Source: an uncultured cyanobacterium (GTDB taxonomy: Bacteria > Cyanobacteriota > Cyanobacteriia > Cyanobacteriales > CAWCAG01). From it: a stretch of 64,000 nt of DNA. Location of the stretch: assembly GCA_963793425.1 (NCBI GenBank), contig CAWCAG010000007.1:448001-512000 (forward strand), read 5' to 3'. A program made the translations under genes and the position numbers. Numbering within the stretch: the stretch's first letter is position 1; each line of letters begins with the position of its first letter. The notes beneath the pieces were generated by a model, which was not told the origin of the DNA, ran no database searches, and saw only the letters and a list, made by a program, of their open reading frames with translations. This document shows, piece after piece, positions 50,945 to 59,842 of the stretch.

Positions 50945-51025
50945 AAAAAAAACCGCTTTAATAAAAATCAAAGCGGTTTAGCTCATCCAGGTCAACATCT
51001 CTATAGAGTTCTCTGTGTAAAAGAA
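50945..51025 (-). ncRNA. Candidate sRNA or terminated leader of about 80 nt
   Basis: Minus strand: CATAAT -10-like box near 51031-51036, then terminator AAACCGCTTT-N10-AAAGCGGTTT running into a T8 tract; no gene ends here. Confidence 0.35.
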
Positions 51026-51052
51026 GAGATATTATGCAAAACCTGGGTTTTT

Positions 51053-51070
51053 GTTACATAACTTTACAAA
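51053..51070 (+). promoter_or_regulatory. HLR1 (RpaB-binding) direct repeat
   Basis: GTTACATA-AC-TTTACAAA, a perfect match to the consensus. Confidence 0.72.
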
Positions 51071-51209
51071 ACAACTTGCTTGGAAGATCATTTTTTTACC
51101 GACGGGACTTCAACAAAGACAGCTTAATCTTTTGATTACCCTGGTTTTACCTAAGTAGTTTAGATTACATCTAGACCGCAACATTACCAACTGCAACCCT
51201 TTCTTAACT

Positions 51210-51812
51210 ATGCCCTTAACCTACCAAGAGACACCCAGAAGAACTATTAAAGAAGCCGGTGAAGAACGTAGATTATATTTTTATGAAAAGGGAGAAGAAA
51301 TACCTTTAGCTGCTCAAGGTGTTTGGCAAATTTATCGAGGTTTGGTACAGTTCAGCACTTTTTATCCTAATGGAGAAGAAGTGCTTTTGGGCTGGGCTAA
51401 ACCTGCTAATTTCTTTGGAGCCTGGCTAACCAGTTTGCCAACTTATCAAGCCACAGCTTTATCTGATGTTTACTTGCGTTGGTACTCCCTGATTGAAATA
51501 GAAACTTCTCCCCGTTTAGCTCAAACTATGTTGAGACAAATGGGACAGAGAATTCGTCATGGAGAAATGTTGCTGGCGATCGCCGGACAAAGAAAAGTGG
51601 AAGATCGTTTGCGCCAGTTGCTAATTTTTCTACAAAAAGAAATGAGCGAACCCACCGAAGAAGGGGATCGCCTCTTATTGCGCTTAACCCATCAAAATAT
51701 TGCTAATGCCATTGGTACAACAAGAGTGACGGTGACTAGATTGCTAGGAGATTTTCAACGCCAGGGCAAGATTAAATTAGACCAAGATCGCCATATAATC
51801 GTTAAGTCTTAG
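51210..51812 (+). CDS. Crp/Fnr family transcriptional regulator
   Basis: GEEVLLG beta-barrel; HTH RLTHQNIANAIGTTRVTVTRLL. Confidence 0.92.
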   Translation: MPLTYQETPRRTIKEAGEERRLYFYEKGEEIPLAAQGVWQIYRGLVQFSTFYPNGEEVLLGWAKPANFFGAWLTSLPTYQATALSDVYLRWYSLIEIETSPRLAQTMLRQMGQRIRHGEMLLAIAGQRKVEDRLRQLLIFLQKEMSEPTEEGDRLLLRLTHQNIANAIGTTRVTVTRLLGDFQRQGKIKLDQDRHIIVKS

Positions 51813-51862
51813 CTAAACAAAAAGCTATAACTGAGATAACTCTTGTTTGTCAGGGTCGCTCT

Positions 51863-53009
51863 ATGGCTAATTTCTCAGTTAAGAAGCTTGCTATTTTGAT
51901 TAATCCACAAGGAAGTAGCGGAGTTCCAGGGGGAATATGTGTTGTTGTCAGCAAGTTACTTCAAGGACTGGCAGCGCAAAATTTTGACCTTGATTTAGTT
52001 GTCCATTCCCACGAAGCAATAAAATTATTTCCTGATCTACCTCAACAAGTTAGAGTTATCAACTTAAATACCCCGTTTCAAGTCAGGTTTAAGAGTGCAA
52101 TTAAAATTATTCCTCCTTTATTAAAGTATTTAAGAGCAGAAAAACCTGATGTCTTAATTTGCCACCTGACCTTAGTTAATTATTTAACTGTTATAGCTCG
52201 TTTATTAGCTAGAGTTCCTACCTATTTAGTCTTAGTAGAACATTTCCCTTTTTTAGAACTGCAAAAGAATCAGGCAAAACTAAATCCCTTAAAAGCACCA
52301 CTCAAGATGATGCAACGCTGGCTTTATCTTCAAGCTGATGCTATTGTTGCTGTTTCTGAAGGTGTCGCTAAATCCATTTGAAGCAGGTTTAAACTTAAAT
52401 CCTGGTTCTGTGCAAGTAATTTATAATCCGGTGGTTAATGAAAAATTACGGCATAAAGCTCAAAAGCCATTAGAACATCCTTGGTTTGCAGAACATCAAC
52501 CTCCTGTTATTTTAGCTGTGGGAAGGTTGTTACCACCAAAAGACTTTGATACTCTTATACAAGCTTTTGCCCAATTAAGAAAAAAACGCCCTCTACGACT
52601 CTTGATTTTAGGTGAAGGAAAACTGCGTTCAGCATTAGAATCTTTAATTGATAATTTGGGTATAAAGGCAGATGTTTCTTTACCGGGTTACACTGACAAT
52701 CCTTATGGCTATATGACGAAAGCAGGGGTATTTGTTCTCTCTTCACATTTTGAAGGATTGCCAACAGTGATTATTGAAGCCCTAACTTGTAACTGTCAAG
52801 TTGTGGCTACAGATTGTCCCTATGGCCCCCAAGAAATTTTGGCGAATGGAGAGTTTGGGCATTTAGTACCTGTAGGAGATGTGACAGCTTTGGCTTCAGC
52901 AATCGAGTTAGCTTTGGATCAACCAATCAATATCGAAAAGTTAAAGCAAAGAAGTGAGAATTTTACTGTCTTGAGTTCAGTTGATGCTTATTTAAAATTA
53001 TTTGCTTAA
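51863..53009 (+). pseudogene. GT4 glycosyltransferase split by an extra T at 52377-52379 (possibly a sequencing error)
   Basis: ADAIVAVSEGVAKSI followed by TGA; removing one T gives IEAGL and continues into VIYNP, VGRL and EGLPTVIIEA. Confidence 0.85.
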
Positions 53010-53011
53010 TT

Positions 53012-53043
53012 AAAAAAAGAGAGAGAAGATTTTCTTCTCTCTC
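53012..53043 (-). terminator. Terminator after the PEP-CTERM gene
   Basis: GAGAGAGAAG-ATTTT-CTTCTCTCTC with an A7 tract on its left. Confidence 0.7.
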
Positions 53044-53100
53044 AACAACTTCCTTTATTACTACTTGTTTAAGCAGACTAAGTAATCTGCAACATAATTG

Positions 53101-53876
53101 TTAGTTAGCTTGCTTTTTTTTGCCGCGACGGGTAGCAGCTAATGCACCAGCAACTAAACCTAAAGCACCGAGAGTAGCAGGCTCAGGAACATCTTTAGCT
53201 TCTGCAGATACTAAAGCGTAGTCATGTTGCTCGTGGGTGTCACCAGGCAATCCTGCTGCTGTGAACTTAACACTGGTAACCACATTATGACCAAAGGGGT
53301 TGAAGTGGTAGTAGCCAGCACCACTCATAGTTGAAGGGCTTATAGCTATTATGTCTGTTTCAAAGTCCTGAGTATCATCGATGGCATCAAACTTGTATTT
53401 TGCTGTGGTGTTACCAGTAACTGTTAAAGTCCCGATTCCTAAAGCAGTTTCTAGCTGAGCAATTTCAAAAACGTCATCAGCGAAGACACCGGGCTGATAC
53501 AAGAAAGCTAACTCAATAGACTTAAAGATATTGTTGCTATCCTTAGCTTCAAGGAGAATAAATTCCCCGGCATCAACTTCACCAGGAACCCCTTCGTTAT
53601 CACCACCTTCTTTACCGTCATGGTTTACACCAATCCCGGTGACACCATTAACGGTTTTGTTTTTAGAACAGGGTTGGTACTGTCATCTCCGTCAAGCCCA
53701 GCAGTAATGGTGAAACCGTCGTTTGTCATGCAGCTATTGGTGGGGAGATTAGCGATCGCGCAGCCTCCTAAATCACTTGGTGTTTGGAAACTGAAAGCTT
53801 GGGCAGAAGCAGCGGAGAAAGCGAGGGCGGTTCCGGTGAGGAAGCCAGCAGCGAGAAGGTTGGATTTGATATTCAT
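53101..53876 (-). pseudogene. PEP-CTERM surface protein split by a 1-bp deletion in A-runs at 53655-53664 (possibly a sequencing error)
   Basis: Signal peptide ending AQA-F; one extra A opens the frame KTVNGVTGIGV...LAFLYQPG through to VPEPATLGALGLVAGALAATRRGKKK. Confidence 0.85.
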
Positions 53877-54600
53877 GAAAATCACCTTGGTTGAGGAGCA
53901 GTTGTTAGCAAATGTTATAAATTAGTAGACTTATATAAAGCCTGTCAAGTATCTCTAGACTAGTCACTTTAATAGTTGGTTGAGTTTAGAGTTTATAAGA
54001 CCAGGGAACATAGAGGTTATTTTTAAAACCTTGGTTGTAAGGTTGCTTTGTGGGCGGGATGTGGTTTGCATCTCTTGCCTTACACTTATACATTCTATGT
54101 GGCTTAAGAACAGCTTGCATCAGTATTTATATAGATTTTTTTGATGAAAGAATAGTCTTTAGCTGCTTAACTGCTCTTCTCGTCAAACATAGACGAATTT
54201 TTGTAGCCGTTGAAACTAATTTAGATTTTATCGAAGCTTTATATTAGCAAACCTTTTTGTGAAGTATGAATGAAGCAAGCTGAATACTTGCTCCGTATAT
54301 ATACTTGCAGTGCCTTTTTGATATTAGGATGAACTGGACAAATAACTAGCTTGTGCGAATATACATTTAGAAGTTTCAGAGATTTTCTTTAAAGAGAATC
54401 GCTTTTTGCGTTCAAACACTTACTTCAAAGCCCAACAACCCACTTTATTATCTTGCAAACTTCCCCTTAATTGCTTTTTTAAGTTCTACTTCTTTTTTTA
54501 AGAGTCTATGTAGAGAATTTTATCTAACTCTTAAGGAGGATGAAACGCAACCTTCAGAAGTATACCCATCAGGTTTAATTGATAGCTGTGATCTTAATCA

Positions 54601-56250
54601 CTAATCTTTGTTTAATTGTGGCGCAGCCTGTAAAAGCTTCTTGGTATAGGAATTTTGGGGATTGGTGAAAAGCTGATGGGTACTACCCATCTCGACAATT
54701 TGGCCTTTATTCATGACGGCAATGCGATCACATAAAAATCTGGCTACCCAAAGATCGTGGGTGATAAATAGGTAGGTGAGGTTAAATTCTGTTTGTAATG
54801 ATTGCATTAATTCCAATACTTGAGTTTGGACACTAGCATCCAGCATACTAACGGGTTCGTCACAAATTAGTAATTTGGGCCGGGTGATTAAAGCCCTGGC
54901 GATCGCAACTCTTTGTTGTTGTCCTCCTGATAAATCGGCGGGATAACGATGATAGTAATCCTGTACCGGAGTTAAGCCAACTCGTGTCAGCATTTTTTCT
55001 ACTTGAACTTTTGCTTCAGTGAGAGTTGCTAATTTATGGATAAGGAGGGGATCAGCAATAGATTCTCCCACCTTCATGAGGGGATTGAGACAGGCGTGGG
55101 GATCTTGAAACACCATTTGTATTTCTCGTCGCCTTTGTCTCACGGCTGCTTCTGAGAGTTGGGTTAAATCTACTCCTTGGAAGTTGATACTACCGGAAGT
55201 AGGGCGCATCAGTTGTAGGATCGTTCGTGAGAGGGTACTTTTACCACAACCTGATTCTCCTACTAAACCAAAAATCTCCCCTGGATAAAGTTGGAAGCTA
55301 ACTCCATCAACAGCTTTAATTAAAGGAGTTTCTTTGGTGAAGAATTGCTGAAAGAGGTTACTTTCTAGGGTGAAGTACTGTTTCAGGTCTTTGACTTCCA
55401 AGAGATATGGTTGAGAGTTATCTTTTTTGGGTACATCCTGAGTTTCTACTCCCTGGATTTTTAAAGCTGATTGGAGTAAGGATTGGCTATATTCATGTTG
55501 AGGAGCTTTCAAAATGGATTTAGCTACTCCAGTTTCTACCATCTTGCCTTGATACATTACGGCGAGGCGATCGCAATACTCCCCCACCATAGCTAAGTCA
55601 TGGGAAATTAAGAGTAAAGCAAGATCCCTTTGGTCGCACAGGCGAGTTAGTTCCTCTAATATTTCAGCGGAGATGGTGACATCTAAACTGGTGGTGGGTT
55701 CGTCTGCCACAATTAGTTTCGGTTCTAATAGTAAAGCTAAAGCTATGGCTACTCTTTGACGCATTCCCCCACTAAATTCATGGGGATATTGTGACCAACG
55801 ATCTCTTGGAATCTTAACCGCTTCTAAAGTTGCTAAGGCTCTTTCTTTCGCTTCATGGCGAGATAAATTTGGTTGGTGGGCTTTTAAGGTTTCTAAACAA
55901 TGCCTGCCAATGGACATGAGGGGATCGAGGCGAGTCATGGGGTCTTGAAAGACTAGGGAAACTGCTTCGCCACGAAAGCTACGTAATTGAGTTTTATTAA
56001 AATCTAAAACCGACTGACCAGCAAAACTTACTTTTCCTTGAATCTGGCTTGCTGGGGGGAGTAAGCGCATTGCTGCCCTGCCCAAGGTGGATTTTCCGCA
56101 ACCAGATTCTCCTACTAACCCTAACTTTTCCCCTGGATTAAGGGTAAAGGAAACATCATCAACAGCCCAATCTGTTTTTTCTGGCGATTGACTATGGGGG
56201 TAAGCAACTCGTAAGTTTTCTACCTTTAATAGAGGAGGGGTTTCTGTCAT
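54601..56250 (-). CDS. Peptide/nickel ABC transporter ATP-binding protein with two ATPase domains
   Basis: Two GESGCGKST Walker A motifs; FSGGMRQR and LSGGQQQR; ADEPT and CDEPV. Confidence 0.93.
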   Translation of the reverse strand: MTETPPLLKVENLRVAYPHSQSPEKTDWAVDDVSFTLNPGEKLGLVGESGCGKSTLGRAAMRLLPPASQIQGKVSFAGQSVLDFNKTQLRSFRGEAVSLVFQDPMTRLDPLMSIGRHCLETLKAHQPNLSRHEAKERALATLEAVKIPRDRWSQYPHEFSGGMRQRVAIALALLLEPKLIVADEPTTSLDVTISAEILEELTRLCDQRDLALLLISHDLAMVGEYCDRLAVMYQGKMVETGVAKSILKAPQHEYSQSLLQSALKIQGVETQDVPKKDNSQPYLLEVKDLKQYFTLESNLFQQFFTKETPLIKAVDGVSFQLYPGEIFGLVGESGCGKSTLSRTILQLMRPTSGSINFQGVDLTQLSEAAVRQRRREIQMVFQDPHACLNPLMKVGESIADPLLIHKLATLTEAKVQVEKMLTRVGLTPVQDYYHRYPADLSGGQQQRVAIARALITRPKLLICDEPVSMLDASVQTQVLELMQSLQTEFNLTYLFITHDLWVARFLCDRIAVMNKGQIVEMGSTHQLFTNPQNSYTKKLLQAAPQLNKD

Positions 56251-56310
56251 TCGTAGCCAAAATTAGGATACTAGACTGTACCTCATTTTCACCGAAGACT
56301 GCTATTTTCC

Positions 56311-56745
56311 CTAACCAGAATGCCGGATCATCTCTACCTCTGCATAGGTTTCAATCCACAAAGTTGCCCCACCATCATGGGGCTTATCGAGATTGTAAAT
56401 TATGCGGCAAGGCCCCTTTATATCTGCTTCATGGGCGTAAAGATTTTTGTGATTACCTTGATTGAGGCTGATTACTGGCTCAAATTCATTATCCTGTTTA
56501 TTTTTTGTAATTACCTGCCTACTAACATAAATAGCTTTTACAGCAGAAGAGTAAGGTTTACCCCAACGAGGAGCGGGGCCTCTTTTGCCACGAGAAACTT
56601 TGGGTTTACCACGATATAAAGGAATCGTCCAAGCTTTGCCGCTTTTATAAGCTCCTTTGATGCGTTGTTGTTGGAGTAAGTAGAGTACACGCCGGGGAGT
56701 AACCCTTAACATTTGGGCTGCTTTTCTGGTATCGATGAGTTGCAT
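56311..56745 (-). CDS. Excisionase-like HTH protein with an uncharacterised C-terminal domain
   Basis: LIDTRKAAQMLRVTPRRVLYLLQQQRIKGAYKSGKAWTIP; C-terminal YAHEADIKGPCRIIY...GATLWIET. Confidence 0.72.
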   Translation of the reverse strand: MQLIDTRKAAQMLRVTPRRVLYLLQQQRIKGAYKSGKAWTIPLYRGKPKVSRGKRGPAPRWGKPYSSAVKAIYVSRQVITKNKQDNEFEPVISLNQGNHKNLYAHEADIKGPCRIIYNLDKPHDGGATLWIETYAEVEMIRHSG

Positions 56746-56883
56746 AATTGAGATTATGGCAAAAAGAACTGTTCTTTAAATAAAAAAGGTAACATACAGC
56801 AAAACAAGAATCTAGACTGTACCTAACTAGATTCTTGTTTTTGCTAATAGCTAGTGGGAAAATATGGAAACAGACTAAATTAG

Positions 56884-57313
56884 GACCAGCCCTTTCAAGG
56901 TGTCTGTTTTCAGGTCTGATTTTGAGATAAGATTTTAGCTGATAAATAGCCTTCATCATCACTGACTTTAACAATTTGTTCTAAGACTTTGCCCCCTTCA
57001 ACTGAACCAATACGGCTAAATTCAGAAGCGTCATACCAAGGCAGGCCTTTATGTTCTCGGATAATAAAATAGCCAGCCCTAGCAACAATGCCACTCAAAA
57101 AATTCAAAGTACAGAAATTTCGGTCAGCTATCCAGACATCAGGAGATAAAATTGTTTCGAGCAGCCCACGAACCATTACCGAAACAGGACTTTCTTCTAT
57201 AAAACCTTCAAATACTTGTCCTAGAATTATTCTGGCTATTCCTCGTCTGTCAACTGTGTTTTTTCAGCTAACTATAATTTGGGATGATTTACAACACCTT
57301 GAAAGGGCTGGTC
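56884..57313 (-). mobile_element. Internally deleted IS4-family element (MITE-like) with terminal inverted repeats
   Basis: GACCAGCCCTTTCAAGGTGT (56884-56903) and ACACCTTGAAAGGGCTGGTC (57294-57313) form a perfect 20-bp IR; transposase fragments FIEESPVSVMVRGLLE and VWIADRNFCT. Confidence 0.82.
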
Positions 57314-57368
57314 TTAAAATTAATCATTTCCCAAGTTCTAGTTACTTGAAGCCAAGTATATTCAAGTT

Positions 57369-57974
57369 TCAAACTGGCATCACATCATCCAATCGTAACT
57401 GTAACTGGGGAAACAGCTTAGAAGCGATTAAAGTCCCCAAGGGATATTGTTGCTGCTGATATACGCCCTCCACTAACTGGCAAACTGTTAAGGTTGGTTG
57501 TTTCGGATTGCCAATAAATTGCCACCCACCCAAACCTCGAAAATCGACAATCCAATATTCGGGAATCTTCAAAAAAGCGTATTCTTCTACTTTTCGAGCA
57601 TAATCATCTTGCCAATTGCTACTAACCACCTCCGCTACCAGCTTGATGGTATTCCCGTTACAAATCACAGGTTCTTTTTGCCAAAGTGGTTCTTGGTTGA
57701 GCTTTTCTCGATCTAAAACCACCACATCAGGACGTAGTGCTGTAGCTTCAGCAGACAGTGGTTTAATTAAACAATTCTTGGGAACCAACCAATCAAGTTT
57801 CCCTTGAAAAATTTCCACATAAATTCTACCAGCAACACTTCCTGCAACTGCTTCATGAGGTCCAGTTGGTTCCATTTCTCTGAGTTCTCCGTCAATGAGT
57901 TCATAGCTTGTGTTGTCCCCGTATTGGGCAATAAACTCTTCAAAGCTCAGTAGTTTGGATGGAGTATAAGTCAT
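57369..57974 (-). CDS. Uma2 family endonuclease-fold protein
   Basis: YELIDGEL, LRPDVVV, LVAEVVS, IPEYWIVD; ATG at 57974. Confidence 0.92.
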   Translation of the reverse strand: MTYTPSKLLSFEEFIAQYGDNTSYELIDGELREMEPTGPHEAVAGSVAGRIYVEIFQGKLDWLVPKNCLIKPLSAEATALRPDVVVLDREKLNQEPLWQKEPVICNGNTIKLVAEVVSSNWQDDYARKVEEYAFLKIPEYWIVDFRGLGGWQFIGNPKQPTLTVCQLVEGVYQQQQYPLGTLIASKLFPQLQLRLDDVMPV

Positions 57975-58709
57975 GTTATTCCTCTTGGGGCAATGCCTCA
58001 AGATTATCTTAGTCGGTTAGGTAAGGGGATAGGTAAGGAAACTAATAAGCAAAATATGTTTTTATGAGATTCAAATATTTAATTATCTAAACACAAGCAA
58101 CTTTTCAGGGACTTTATGAAGTTGTATTAAGAACGGTTTGATAAGCTATTCAAGGTGGTTGCTTTTGTAATAGGATTAATCAAGATTTATTAAAGATGAT
58201 ATTGTTGTGGTTCTTTTGTCTTGAAATATACCTAACAGAGTAAAACCTCGGTATATGGAGTTTTGCCCTAAGTTGAATAGTGGTAAGGAAAGGATTTAGT
58301 AATAATACAAACATAGTTCAAAAACTTATTTTTTTATACCAAGGCTTAAGTGCCTATTGACAAAGCGGTATTTTTGTGAAGAAGCCAATAATATTTAAGC
58401 TGATGGGGTGCATTTCATATTTGTAAAAACGCCCTTATTTAAAAGGCAAAATTATTTACTATTTTAAGCTACTGACGCAAGTCCTGATTTATGCGGTACA
58501 AAATGTCTTCAATTTTCTCTTGCACTTGAGTAATTTTTTGTTGTTTTTGGAGTACAGAGGCTTTCTCTGCTTCGTAATTTTCTAAGGATTAAGGATTTTT
58601 GATGAGCATTCTTTTTTTTAAGTCTTGGAGCAATTTCCAAAGGAGAGATCAACCAGGATATGAGTTAAGTTAACTTAAAAAAGTTTCTGGCCACAAACAA
58701 TAAAAAAAA

Positions 58710-59594
58710 TTGAACTTACTCCCCGCGATCGCATCTGTTAGCTTAATTATTTTCATTGGTTTCATTGCAGGGCGTACCTTAAGCCTGGAACGTCAAACCC
58801 TCTCTCAGTTAACCATTTATCTTTTAGTTCCTGCCTTAATTGCAGCAAGTTTATATAGCACCAAGCTATCAGCCCAAAGTGCCACCGGGTTAATAGTAGG
58901 TTACTTAATCATCATCTCGCTACTTTACCTCATCACCTTTGCAACTGCTAAATTACTCAAACTTCCACCCCAAATTCAAAAAAGCCTCATCGCCACCACC
59001 CTTTTTTCCAACAACGGCAACATGGGCTTACCTATAATCACCTTTGCCTTCGGAGAAGCAGGATTAGAAAGAGCCATCGTTTACCTCATTGCTGCTTCGA
59101 TTACCATGGCTTCAATTGCCCCAGCCTTATTAAAAGGAGAAGGGCTATTAATAGGAATCAAATTAACTCTCAAACTCCCTTTATTGTGGGCAATGTTGGG
59201 GGGATTATGTTTACGTATATTCAAAATCGAACTTCCCTTCAGCTTATATGAAAGCTTAGAAATGCTAGGCAACGCTTCCATTCCTATCGCCTTAATCATT
59301 TTAGGACTTCAATTAGCCCAAACTCCCTTCCGTTTAGGAAGATACGAACTATTCGCTTCAGCTCTGCGCTTGCTCCTTGCTCCTGGAATCGCCTATGGTG
59401 TTGGTAGCATCTTAGGCTTAACAGGATTAGACTTACAGGTTTTAGTGATGCAAGGGGCGATGCCCACAGCAGTTAATACCCTGGTTTGGGTAACTGAATT
59501 TGGGGGAGATCCTCCTCGTGTGGCCAGAACAATTATTGTTTCAACAATGATGAGTTTCCTCACCCTGCCTTTAGTTTTGTGGGTGATTAGTTAA
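58710..59594 (+). CDS. AEC (auxin efflux carrier) family transporter
   Basis: Multiple TM helices, NNGNMGLP, ASIPIALIILG, AMPTAV; TTG start. Confidence 0.88.
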   Translation: MNLLPAIASVSLIIFIGFIAGRTLSLERQTLSQLTIYLLVPALIAASLYSTKLSAQSATGLIVGYLIIISLLYLITFATAKLLKLPPQIQKSLIATTLFSNNGNMGLPIITFAFGEAGLERAIVYLIAASITMASIAPALLKGEGLLIGIKLTLKLPLLWAMLGGLCLRIFKIELPFSLYESLEMLGNASIPIALIILGLQLAQTPFRLGRYELFASALRLLLAPGIAYGVGSILGLTGLDLQVLVMQGAMPTAVNTLVWVTEFGGDPPRVARTIIVSTMMSFLTLPLVLWVIS

Positions 59595-59842
59595 GCTGAT
59601 GTGCATAAAAAGCTACAACTTATTGCTCGAACTAAGGATTAAACTAGGGGAATCTCTTTACTGGCAATAACTATTGCTCAGTAATATACTCATAGTTATA
59701 AATTTGCCTTTAAACCAATGAGTAAAAGTAATTTGTCCTCAATCTAGTTGCGCGTAGCTAAATTAAGCAATTGAACTTACCTGAATAAATCGCTCAATTA
59801 GTACATCTGTTAAAAGTCTCTTACCTCGGTGTATCGAAAGTT

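Noticed and set aside
53920..54600. Small ORF 54050..54247 and possible genes in the gap upstream of the PEP-CTERM gene
   Set aside because: GTG start, no clear RBS or motif, and AT-rich promoter-like DNA
58110..58275. Possible decayed IS4 transposase C-terminus (KLY*ERFDKLFK)
   Set aside because: Several stops and only a faint resemblance to the YREK region; it cannot be supported without a search
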